From Eledone cirrhosa (taxonomy: Eukaryota): 64,000 nt of DNA. The stretch lies in the NCBI GenBank assembly GCA_964016885.1, contig OZ024755.1, forward strand, positions 43,028,001 through 43,092,000, written 5' to 3'. Position 1 is the first letter of the stretch. Every line of letters starts with the position of its first letter. Of this stretch, positions 23,701-34,570 are shown in pieces. The position numbers were made by a program, and so were the translations under genes. The notes under the pieces were generated by a model. That model saw only the letters and a list, made by a program, of their open reading frames with translations. It searched no databases and had not been told where the DNA came from.

Positions 23701-26039
23701 TGCTGGGTGTGGAGGTGGTTATATGTTGTGTGTGATGGTGAGGGTGTTGGGTGTGGAGGTGGTTATGGGCTGTGTGTGATGGTGAGGGTGTTAGGTGTGG
23801 AGGTGGTTATGGGCAGTGTGTGATGGTGGGGGTGTTGGGTGTGGGGGTGGTTATGTGCTGTGTGTGATGGTGAGGGTGCTGGGTGTGAAGGTGGTTATGT
23901 GCTGTGTGTGATGGTGAGGGTGCTGGGTGTGGAGGTGGTTATGTGTTGTGTGTGGAGGTGGTTATGGGCTGTGTGTGATGGTGAGGGTGTTGGGTGTGGA
24001 GGTGGTTATGGGCTGTGTGTGATGGTGAGGGTGTTGGGTGTGGAGGTGGTTATGGGCTGTGTGTGATGGTGAGGGTGCTGGGTGTGGAGGTGGTTATGGG
24101 CTGTGTGATGGTGAGGGTGCTGGGTGTGGGGGTGGTTATGGGCTGTGTGTGATGGTGAAGGTGTTGGGTGTGGTGGTGGTTATGGGCTGTGTGTGATGGT
24201 GAGGGTGCTGGGTGTGGAGGTGGTTATGTGTTGTGTGTGATGGTGAGGGTGTTGGGTGTGGAGGTAGTTATGTGTTGTGTGTGATGGTGAGGGTGTTGGG
24301 TGTGGAGGTGGTTATGGGCTGTGTGTGATGGTGAGGGTGCTGGGTGTGGAGGTGGTTATGGGCTGCGTGTGATGGTGAGGGTGCTGGGTGTGGGGGTGGT
24401 TATGTGCTGTGTGTGATGGTGAGGGTGCTGGGTGTGGGGGTGGTTATGGGCTGTGTGTGATGGTGAAGGTGTTGGGTGTGGTGGTGGTTATGGGCTGTGT
24501 GTGATGGTGAGGGTGCTGGGTGTGGAGGTGGTTATGGGCTGTGTGTGATGGTGAGGGTGCTGGGTGTGGGGGTGGTTATGTGCTGTGTGTGATGGTGAGG
24601 GTGTTGCGTGTGGAGGTGGTTATGGGCTGTGTGTGATGGTGAGGGTGTTGGGTGTGGAGGTGGTTATGGGCTGTGTGTGCTGGTGAGGGTGCTGGGTGTG
24701 GAGGTGGTTATGTGTTGTGTGTGATGGTGAGGGTGTTGGGTGTGGAGGTGGTTATGGGCTGTGTGTGATGGTGAGGGTGTTGGGTGTGGAAGTGGTTATG
24801 TGCTGTGTGTGATGGTGAGGGTGTTGGGTGTGGAGGTGGTTATGGGCTGTGTGTGATGGTGAGGGTGTTGGGTGTGGAAGTGGTTATGTGCTGTGTGTGA
24901 TGGTGAGGGTGTTGGGTGTGGAGGTGGTTATGGGCTGTGTGTGATGGTGAGGGTGCTGGGTTTGGAGGTGGTTATGTGTTGTGTGTGATGGTGAGGGTGT
25001 TGGGTGTGGAGGTAGTTATGGGCTGTGTGTGATGGTGAGGGTGCTGGGTGTGAAGGTGGCTATGTGCTGTGTGTGATGGTGAGGGTGCTGGGTGTGGAGG
25101 TGGTTATGGGCTGTGTGTGATGGTGGGGGTGTTGGGTGTGGATGTGGTTATGGGCTGTGTGTGATGGTGAGGGTGTTGGGTGTGGGGGTGGTTATGTGCT
25201 GTGTGTGATGGTGAGGGTGCTGGGTGTGGAGGTGGTTATGTGTTGTGTGTGATGGTGAGGGTGTTGGGTGTGGAGGTGGTTATGTGCTGTGTGTGATGGT
25301 GAGGGTGTTGGGTGTGGGGGTGGTTATGTGCTGTGTGTGATGGTGAGGGTGTTGGGTGTGGAGGTGGTTATGGGCTGTGTGTGATGCTGGGGATGCTGGG
25401 TGTGGAGGTGGTTATGGGCTGTGTGTGCTGGTCAGGGTGCTGGGTGTGGAGGTGGTTATGGGCTGTGTGTGATGGTGAGGGTGCTGGGTGTGGTGGTGGT
25501 TATGGGCTGTGTGTGATGGAGAGGGTGCTGGGTGTGGAGGTGGTTATGGGCTGTGTGTGATGGTGAGGGTGCTGGGTGTGGAGGTGGTTATGGGCTGTGT
25601 GTGATGGTGAGGGTGCTGGGTGTGGTGGTGGTTATGGGCTGTGTGTGATGGAGAGGGTGCTGGGTGTGGAGTTGGTTATGGGCTGTGTGTGATGGTGAAG
25701 GTGTTGGGTGTGGTGGTGGTTATGGGCTGTGTGTGATGGAGAGGGTGCTGGGTGTGGAGGTGGTTATGGGCTGTGTGTGATGGTGAGGGTGCTGGGTGTG
25801 GAGGTGGTTATGGGCTGTGTGTGCTGGTGAGGGTGCTGGGTGTGGAGGTGGTTATGTGTTGTGTGTGATGGTGAGGGTGTTGGGTGTGGAGGTGGTTATG
25901 GGCTGTGTGTGATGGTGAGGGTGCTGGGTGTGGGGGTGGTTATGGGCTGTGTGTGATGGTGAGGGTGCTAGGTGTGGAGGTGGTTATGGGCTGTGTGTGA
26001 TGGTGAGGGTGTTGGGTGTGGAGGTGGTTATGGGTTGTG

Positions 26040-26670
26040 TGTGATGGTGAGGGTGCTGGGTGTGGGGGTGGTTATGGGCTGTGTGTGATGGTGAGGGTGC
26101 TAGGTGTGGAGGTGGTTATGGGCTGTGTGTTATGGTGAAGGTGTTGGGTGTGGTGGTGGTTATGGGCTGTGTGTGATGGTGAGGGTGCTGGGTGTGGGGG
26201 TGGTTATGGGCTGTGTGTGATGGTGAGGGTGCTAGGTGTGGAGGTGGTTATGGGCTGTGTGTTATGGTGAAGGTGTTGGGTGTGGTGGTGGTTATGGGCT
26301 GTGTGTGATGGTGAGGGTGCTGGGTGTGGGGGTGGTTATGGGCTGTGTGTGATGGTGAGGGTGCTAGGTGTGGAGGTGGTTATGGGCTGTGTGTTATGGT
26401 GAAGGTGTTGGGTGTGGTGGTGGTTATGGGCTGTGTGTGATGGTGAGGGTGCTGGGTGTGGGGGTGGTTATGGGCTGTGTGTGATGGTGAGGGTGCTAGG
26501 TGTGGAGGTGGTTATGGGCTGTGTGTTATGGTGAAGGTGTTGGGTGTGGTGGTGGTTATGGGCTGTGTGTGATGGTGAAGGTGTTGGGTGTGGTGGTGGT
26601 TATGGGCTGTGTGTGATGGTGAGGGTGCTAGGTGTGGAGGTGGTTATGGGCTGTGTGTTATGGTGAGGGT
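26040..26670 (+). repeat. Local 3-monomer (132-bp) higher-order repeat, 4 full copies plus 1 altered copy
   Basis: tatggtgaagg at 26131, 26263, 26395, 26527 and tatggtgagg at 26659, each with gctagg and ggggg or tggtgg monomers in fixed order. Confidence 0.9.
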
Positions 26671-27599
26671 GCTGGGTGTGGAGGTGGTTATGGGCTGTGT
26701 GTGATGGTGAGGGTGCTGGGTGTGGGGGTGGTTATGTGCTGTGTGTGATGGTGAGGGTGCTGGGTGTGGAGGTGGTTATGGGCTGTGTGTGATGGTGAGG
26801 GTGTTGGGTGTGGAGGTGGTTATGGGCTGTGTGTGATGGTGAGGGTGCTGTGTGTGGAGGTGGTTATGGGCTGTGTGTGATGGTGAAGGTGTTGGGTGTG
26901 GTGGTGGTTATGGGCTGTGTGTGATGGTGAGGGTGCTGGGTGTGGAGGTGGTTATGGGCTGCGTGTGATGGTGAGGGTGCAGGTTGTCGAGGTGGTTATG
27001 GGCTGTGTGTGATGGTGAGGGTGCTGGGTGTGGGGGTGGTTATGTGCTGTGTGTGATGGTGAGGGTGCTGGGCGTGGAGGTGGTTATGGGCTGTGTGTGA
27101 TGGTGAGGGTGTTGGGTGTGGAAGTGGTTATGTGCTGTGTGTGATGGTGAGGGTGCTGGGTGTGGAGGTGGTTATGTGTTGTGTGTGATGGTGAGGGTGT
27201 TGGGTGTGGAGGTGGTTATGGGCTGTGTGTGATGGTGAGGGTGTTGGGTGTGGAAGTGGTTATGTGCTGTGTGTGATGGTGAGGGTGCTGGGTGTGGAGG
27301 TGGTTATGTGTTGTGTGTGATGGTGAGGGTGTTGGGTGTGGAGGTGGTTATGTGCTGTGTGTGATGGTGAGGGTGTTGGTTGTGGGGGTGGTTATGTGCT
27401 GTGTGTGATGGTGAGGGTGTTGGGTGTGGGGGTGGTTATGTGTTGTGTGTGATGGTGAGGGTGTTGGGTGTGGAGGTGGTTATGGGCTGTGTGTGATGGT
27501 GAGGGTGTTGGGTGTGGGGGTGGTTATGGGCTGTGTGTGATGGTGAGGGTGCTGGGTGTGGAGGTGGTTATGTGTTGTGTGTGATGGTGAGGGTGTTGG

Positions 27600-29150
27600 G
27601 TGTGGAGGTGGTTATGGGCTGTGTGTGATGGTGAGGGTGTTGGGTGTGGGGGTGGTTATGTGCTGTGTGTGATGGTGAGGGTGCTGGGTGTGGAGGTGGT
27701 TATGTGTTGTGTGTGATGGTGAGGGTGTTGGGTGTGGAGGTGGTTATGTGCTGTGTGTGATGGTGAGGGTGTTGGGTGGGGGGTGGTTATGTGCTGTGTG
27801 TGATGGTGAATGTGTTGGGTGTGGAGGTGGTTATGGGCTGTGTGTGATGGTGGGGGTGCTGGGTGTGGAGGTGGTTATGGGCTGTGTGTGCTGGTCAGGG
27901 TGCTGGGTGTGGAGGTGGTTATGGGCTGTGTGTGATGGTGGGGGTGTTGGGTGTGGGGGTGGTTATGTGCTGTGTGTGATGGTGAGGGTGCTGGGTGTGG
28001 AGGTGGTTATGTGTTGTGTGTGATGGTGAGGGTGTTGGTTGTGGAGGTGGTTATGGGCTGTGTGTGCTGGTCAGGGTGCTGGGTGTGGAGGTGGTTATGG
28101 GCTGTGTGTGATGGTGGGGGTGTTGGGTGTGGGGGTGGTTATATGCTGTGTGTGATGGTGAGGGTGCTGGGTGTGGAGGTGGTTATGTGTTGTGTGTGAT
28201 GGTGAGGGTGTTGGGTGTGGAGGTGGTTATGGGCTGTGTGTGATGGTGAGGGTGTTGGGTGTGGGGGTGGTTATGGGCTGTGTGTGATGGTGAGGGTGTT
28301 GGGTGTGGGGGTGGTTATGTGTTGTGTGTGATGGTGAGGCTGTTGGGTGTGGAGGTGGTTATGTGCTGTGTGTGATGGTGAGGGTGCTGGGTGTGGAGGT
28401 GGTTATGTGTTGTGTGTGATGGTGAGGGTGTTGGGTGTGGAGGTGGTTATGGGCTGTGTGTGATGGTGAGGGTGTTGGGTGTGGGGGTGGTTATGTGCTG
28501 TGTGTGATGGTGAGGGTGCTGGGTGTGGAGGTGGTTATGTGTTGTGTGTGATGGTGAGGGTGTTGGGTGTGGAGGTGGTTATGTGCTGTGTGTGATGGTG
28601 AGGGTGTTGCGTGGGGGGTGGTTATGTGCTGTGTGTGATGGTGAAGGTGTTGGGTGTGGAGGTGGTTATGGGCTGTGTGTGATGGTGGGGGTGCTGGGTG
28701 TGGAGGTGGTTATGGGCTGTGTGTGATGGTGAGGGTGCTGGGTGTGAAGGTGGTTATGTGCTGTGTGTGATGGGGAGGGTGCTGGGTGTGGAGGTGGTTA
28801 TGGGCTGTGTGTGATGGTGGGGGTGCTGGGTGTGGAGGTGGTTATGGGCTGTGTGTGCTGGTCAGGGTGCTGGGTGTGGAGGTGGTTATGAGCTGTGTGT
28901 GATGGTGGGGGTGTTGGGTGTGGGGGTGGTTATGTGCTGTGTGTGATGGTGAGGGTGCTGGGTGTGAAGGTGGTTATGTGCTGTGTGTGATAGTGAGGGT
29001 GCTGGGTGTGGAGGTGGTTATGTGTTGTGTGTGATGGTGAGGGTGTTGGGTGTGGAGGTGGTTATGGGCTGTGTGTGATGGTGAGGGTGTTGGGTGTGGA
29101 GGTGGTTATGGGCTGTGTGTGATGGTGAGGGTGCTGGGTGTGGAGGTGGT
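27600..29150 (+). repeat. Block duplicated at ~36350-37800 (offset 8745, then 8657 after a two-monomer difference)
   Basis: ORF-track twins 27688/36433 and 28523/37180; shared ggtgaatgtg, gaggctgttggg and gatggggaggg variants. Confidence 0.82.
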
Positions 29151-32100
29151 TATGGGCTGTGTGTGATGGTGGGGGTGTTGGGTGTGGGGGTGGTTATGTG
29201 CTGTGTGTGATGGTGAGGGTGCTGGGTGTGAAGGTGGTTATGTGCTGTGTGTGATGGTGAGGGTGCTGGGTGTGGAGGTGGTTATGGGCTGTGTGTGATG
29301 GTGAGGGTGCTGGGTGTGGAGGTGGTTATGGGCTGTGTGTGCTGGTGAGGGTGCTGGGTGTGGAGGCGGTTATGTGTTGTGTGTGATGGTGAGGGTGTTG
29401 GGTGTGGAGGTGGTTATGGGCTGTGTGTGATGGTGAGGGTGTTGGGTGTGGAGGTGGTTATGGGCTGTGTGTGATGGTGAGGGTGTTGGGTGTGGAGGTG
29501 GTTATGTGTTGTGTGTGATGGTGAGGGTGTTGGGTGTGGAGGTGGTTATGGGCTGTGTGTGATGGTGAGGGTGCTGGGTGTGGAGGTGGTTATGTGTTGT
29601 GTGTGATGGTGAGGGTGTTGGGTGTGGAGGTGGTTATGGGCTGTGTGTGATGGTGAGGGTGCTGGGTGTGGAGGTGGTTATGTGTTGTGTGTGATGGTGA
29701 GGGTGTTGGGTGTGGAGGTGGTTATGGGCTGTGTGTGATGGTGAGGGTGTTGGGTGTGGAGGTGGTTATGGGCTGTGTGTGATGGTGAGGGTGCTGGGTG
29801 TGGAGGTGGTTATGTGTTGTGTGTGATGGTGAGGTTGTTGGGTGTGGAGGTGGTTATGGGCTGTGTGTGATGGTGAGGGTGTTGGGTGTGGAGGTGGTTA
29901 TGGGCTGTGTGTGATGGTGAGCATGTTGGGTGTGGAGGTGGTTATGGGCTGTGTGTGATGGTGAGGGTGCTGGGTGTGGAGGTGGTTATGGGCTGTGTGT
30001 GATGGTGAGGGTGCTGGGTGTGGGGGTGGTTATGGGCTGTGTGTGATGGTGAAGGTGTTGGGTGTGGAGGTGGTTATGGGCTGTGTGTGATGGTGAGGGT
30101 GCTGGGTGTGGAGGTGGTTATGGGCTGTGTGTGATGGTGAAGGTGTTGGGTATGGTGGTGGTTATGGGCTGTGTGTGATGGTGAGGGTGCTGAGTGTGGA
30201 GGTGGTTATGCGCTGTGTGTGATGGTGAAGGTGTTGGGTGTGGTGGTGGTTATGGGCTGTGTGTGATGGTGAGGGTGTTGGGTGTGGAGGTGGTTATGGG
30301 CTGTGTGTGATGGTGAGGGTGCTGGGTGTGGAGGTGGTTATGGGCTGTGTGTGATGGTGAGGGTGTTGGGTGTGGAGGTGGTTATGGGCTGTGTGTGATG
30401 GTGAGGGTGCTGGGTGTGGAGGTGGTTATGGGCTGTGTGTGATGGTGAAGGTGTTGGGTATGGTGGTGGTTATGGGCTGTGTGTGATGGTGAGGGTGCTG
30501 GGTGTGGAGGTGGTTATATGCTGTGTGTGAGGGTGCTGGGTGTGGGGGTGGTTATGTGCTGTGTGTGATGGTGAGGGTGCTGGGTGTGGAGGTGGTTATG
30601 GGCTGTGTGTGATGGTGAGGGTGTTGTGTGTGGAGGTGGTTATGGGCTGTGTGTGATGGTGAGGGTGTTGGGTGTGGAGGTGGTTATGGGCTGTCTGTGA
30701 TAGTGAGGGTGCTGGGTGTGGAGGTGGTTATGGGCTGTGTGTGATGGTGAAGGTGTTGGGTGTTGTGGTGGTTATGGGCTGTGTGTGATGGTGAGGGTGC
30801 TGGGTGTGGGGGTGGTTATGTGCTGTGTGTGATGGTGAGGGTGTTGGGTGTGGAGGTGGTTATGGGCTGTGTGTGATGGTGAGGTTGTTGGGTGTGGAGG
30901 TGGTTATGGGCTGTGTGTGATGCTGAGGGTGTTCGGTGTGGAGGTGGTTATGGGCTCTGTGTGATGGTGAGGGTGCTGGGTGTGGCGGTGGTTATGGGCT
31001 GTGTGTGATGGTGAGGGTGCTGGGTGTGGAGGTGGTTATGGGCTGTGTGTGATGGTGAGTGTGCTGGGTGTGGAGGTGGTTATGGACTGTGTGTGATGGT
31101 GAGGGTGTTGGGTGTGGGGCTGGTTATGGGCTGTGTGTGATGGTGAGGGTGTTGGGTGTGGGGGTGGTTATGTGTTGTGTGTGATGGTGAGGCTGTTGGG
31201 TGTGGAGGTGGTTATGGGCTGTGTGTGATGGTGAGGGTGCTGGGTGTGGAGGTGGTTATGTGTTGTGTGTGATGGTGAGGGTGTTGGGTGTGTAGGTGGT
31301 TATGTGCTGTGTGTGATGGTGAGGGTGTTGGGTGGGGGGTGGTTATGTGCTGTGTGTGATGGTGAAGGTGTTGGGTGTGGAGGTGGTTATGGGCTGTGTG
31401 TGATGGTGGGGGTGCTGGGTGTGGAGGTGGTTATGGGCTGTGTGTGATGGTGAGGGTGCTGGGTGTGAAGGTGGTTATGTGCTGTGTGTGATGGTGAGGG
31501 TGCTGGGTGTGGAGGTGGTTATGGGCTGTGTGTGATGGTGGGGGTGCTGGGTGTGGAGGTGGTTATGGGCTGTGTGTGCTGGTCAGGGTGCTGGGTGTGG
31601 AGGTGGTTCTGGGCTGTGTGTGATGGTGGGGTTGTTGGGTGTGGGGGTGGTTATGTGCTGTGTGTGATGGTGAGGGTGCTGGGTGTGAAGGTGGTTATGT
31701 GCTGTGTGTGATAGTGAGGGTGCTGGGTGTGGAGGTGGTTATGTGTTGTGTGTGATGGTGAGGGTGTTGGGTGTGGAGGTGGTTATGGGCTGTGTGTGAT
31801 GGTGAGGGTGTTGGGTGTGGAGGTGGTTATGGGCTGTGTGTGATGGTGAGGGTGCTGGGTGTGGGGGTGGTTATGGGCTGTGTGTGATGGTGGGGGTGTT
31901 GGGTGTGGGGGTGGTTATGTGCTGTGTGTGATGGTGAGGGTGCTGGGTGTGAAGGTGGTTATGTGCTGTGTGTGATGGTGAGGGTGCTGGGTGTGGAGCT
32001 GGTTATGGGCTGTGTGTGATGGTGAGGGTGCTGGGTGTGGGGGTGGTTATGGGCTGTGTGTGCTGGTGAGGGTGCTGGGTGTGGAGGTGGTTATGTGTTG

Positions 32101-33449
32101 TGTGTGATGGTGAGGGTGTTGGGTGTGGAGGTGGTTATGGGCTGTGTGTGATGGTGAGGGTGTTGGGTGTGGAGGTGGTTATGGGCTGTGTGTGATGGTG
32201 AGGGTGCTGGGTGTGGAGGTGGTTATGGGCTGTGTGTGATGGTGAGGGTGCTGGGTGTGGGGGTGGTTATGGGCTGTGTGTGATGGTGAAGGTGTTGGGT
32301 GTGGTGGTGGTTATGGGCTGTGTGTGATGGTGAGGGTGCTGGGTGTGGAGGTGGTGATGGGCTGTGTGTGATGGTGAGGGTGCTGGGTGTGGAGGTGGTT
32401 ATGGGCAGTGTGTGATGGTGAGGGTGCTGGGTGTGGGGGTGGTTATGTGCTGTGTGTGATGGTGAGGGTGCTGGGTGTGGAGGTGGTTATGGGCTGTGTG
32501 TGATGGTGAGGGTGTTGGGTGTGGAGGTGGTTATGGGCTGTGTGTGATGGTGAGGGTGCTGGGTGTGGAGGTGGTTATGGGCTGTGTGTGATGGTGAAGG
32601 TGTTGGGTATGGTGGTGGTTATGGGCTGTGTGTGATGGTGAGGGTGCTGGGTGTGGAGGTGGTTATATGCTGTGTGTGATGGTGAGGGTGCTGGGTGTGG
32701 GGGTGGTTATGTGCTGTGTGTGATGGTGAGGGTGCTGGGTGTGGAGGTGGTTATGGGCTGTGTGTGATGGTGAGGGTGTTGTGTGTGGAGGTGGTTATGG
32801 GCTGTGTGTGATGGTGAGGGTGTTGGGTGTGGAGGTGGTTATGGGCTGTCTGTGATGGTGAGGGTGCTGGGTGTGGAGGTGGTTATGGGCTGTGTGTGAT
32901 GGTGAAGGTGTTGGGTGTGGTGGTGGTTATGGGCTGTGTGTGATGGTGAGGGTGCGGGGTGTGAAGGTAGTTATGGGCTGTGTGTGATGGTGAGGGTGCT
33001 GGGTGAGGGGGTGGTTATGTGCTGTGTGTGATGGTGAGGGTGTTGCGTGTGGAGGTGGTTATGGGCTGTGTGTGATGGTGAGGGTGTTGGGTGTGGAGGT
33101 GGTTATGGGCTGTGTGTGATGGTGAGGTTGTTGGGTGTGGAGGTGGTTATGGGCTGTGTGTGATGCTGAGAGTGTTCGGTGTGGAGGTGGTTATGGGCTC
33201 TGTGTGATGGTGAGGGTGCTGGGTGTGGCGGTGGTTATGGGCTGTGTGTGATGGTGAGGTTGTTGGGTGTGGAGGTGGTTATGGGCTGTGTGTGATGGTG
33301 AGGGTGCTGGGTGTGGAGGTGGTTATGGGCTGTGTGTGATGGTGAGGGTGCTGGGTGTGGAGGTGATTATGGGCTGTGTGTGATGGTGAGGGTGTTGGGT
33401 GTGGGGGTGGTTATGGGCTGTGTGTGATGGTGAGGGTGCTGGGTGTGGA

Positions 33450-34570
33450 GGTGGTTATGGGCTGTGTGTGATGGTGAGGGTGGTGGGTGTGGAGGTGGTT
33501 ATGTGCTGTGTGTGATGGTGAGGGTGCTGGGTGTGGAGGTGGTTATGGGCTGTGTGTGATGGTGAGGGTGTTGGGTGTGGGGGTGGTTATGGGCTGTGTG
33601 TGATGGTGAGGGTGCTTGGTGTGGAGGTGGTTATGGGCTGTGTGTGATGGTGAGGGTGCTGGGTGTGGAGGTGGTTATGGGCTGTGTGTGATGGTGAGGG
33701 TGCTTGGTGTGGAGGTGGTTATGGGCTGTGTGTGATGGTGAGGGTGCTGGGTGTGGAGGTGGTTATGGGCTGTGTGTGATGGTGGGGGTGTTGGGTGTGG
33801 AGGTGGTTATGGTCTGTGTGTGATGGTGAGGGTGCTGGGTGTGGAGGTGTTTATGGGCTGTGTGTGATGGTGAGGGTGCTGGGTGTGGAGGTGGTTATGG
33901 GCTGTGTGTGATGGTGAGGATGTTGGGTGTGGAGGTGGTTATGTGCTGTGTGTGTTGGTGAGGGTGTTCGGTGTGGAGGTGGTTATGGGTTGTGTGTGAT
34001 GGTGAGGGTGTTGGGTGTGGAGGTGGTTATGGGCTGTGTGTGATGGTGAGGGTGCTGGGTGTGGAGGTGGTTATGGGCTGTGTGTGATGGTGAGGGTGTT
34101 GGGTGTGGGGGTGGTTATGGGCTGTGTGTGATGGTGAGGGTGCTGGGTGTGGAGGTGGTTATGGGCTGTGTGTGATGGTGAGGGTGCTTGGTGTGGAGGT
34201 GGTTATGGGCTGTGTGTGATGGTGAGGGTGCTGGGTGTGGAGGTGGTTATGGGCTGTGTGTGATGGTGAGGGTGCTTGGTGTGGAGGTGGTTATGGGCTG
34301 TGTGTGATGGTGAGGGTGCTGGGTGTGGAGGTGGTTATGGGCTGTGTGTGATGGTGGGGGTGTTGGGTGTGGAGGTGGTTATGGTCTGTGTGTGATGGTG
34401 AGGGTGCTGGGTGTGGAGGTGATTATGGGCTGTGTGTGATGGTGAGGGTGCTGGGTGTGGAGGTGGTTATGGGCTGTGTGTGATGGTGAGGATGTTGGGT
34501 GTGGAGGTGGTTATGTGCTGTGTGTGATGGTGAGGCTGTTGGGTGTGGAGGTGGTTATGGGTTGTGTGTG
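33450..34570 (+). repeat. Tandem duplication with 572-bp period (13 monomers)
   Basis: ggtctg 33811/34383, atggtgagga 33911/34483, and paired gcttgg monomers in both copies. Confidence 0.8.
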
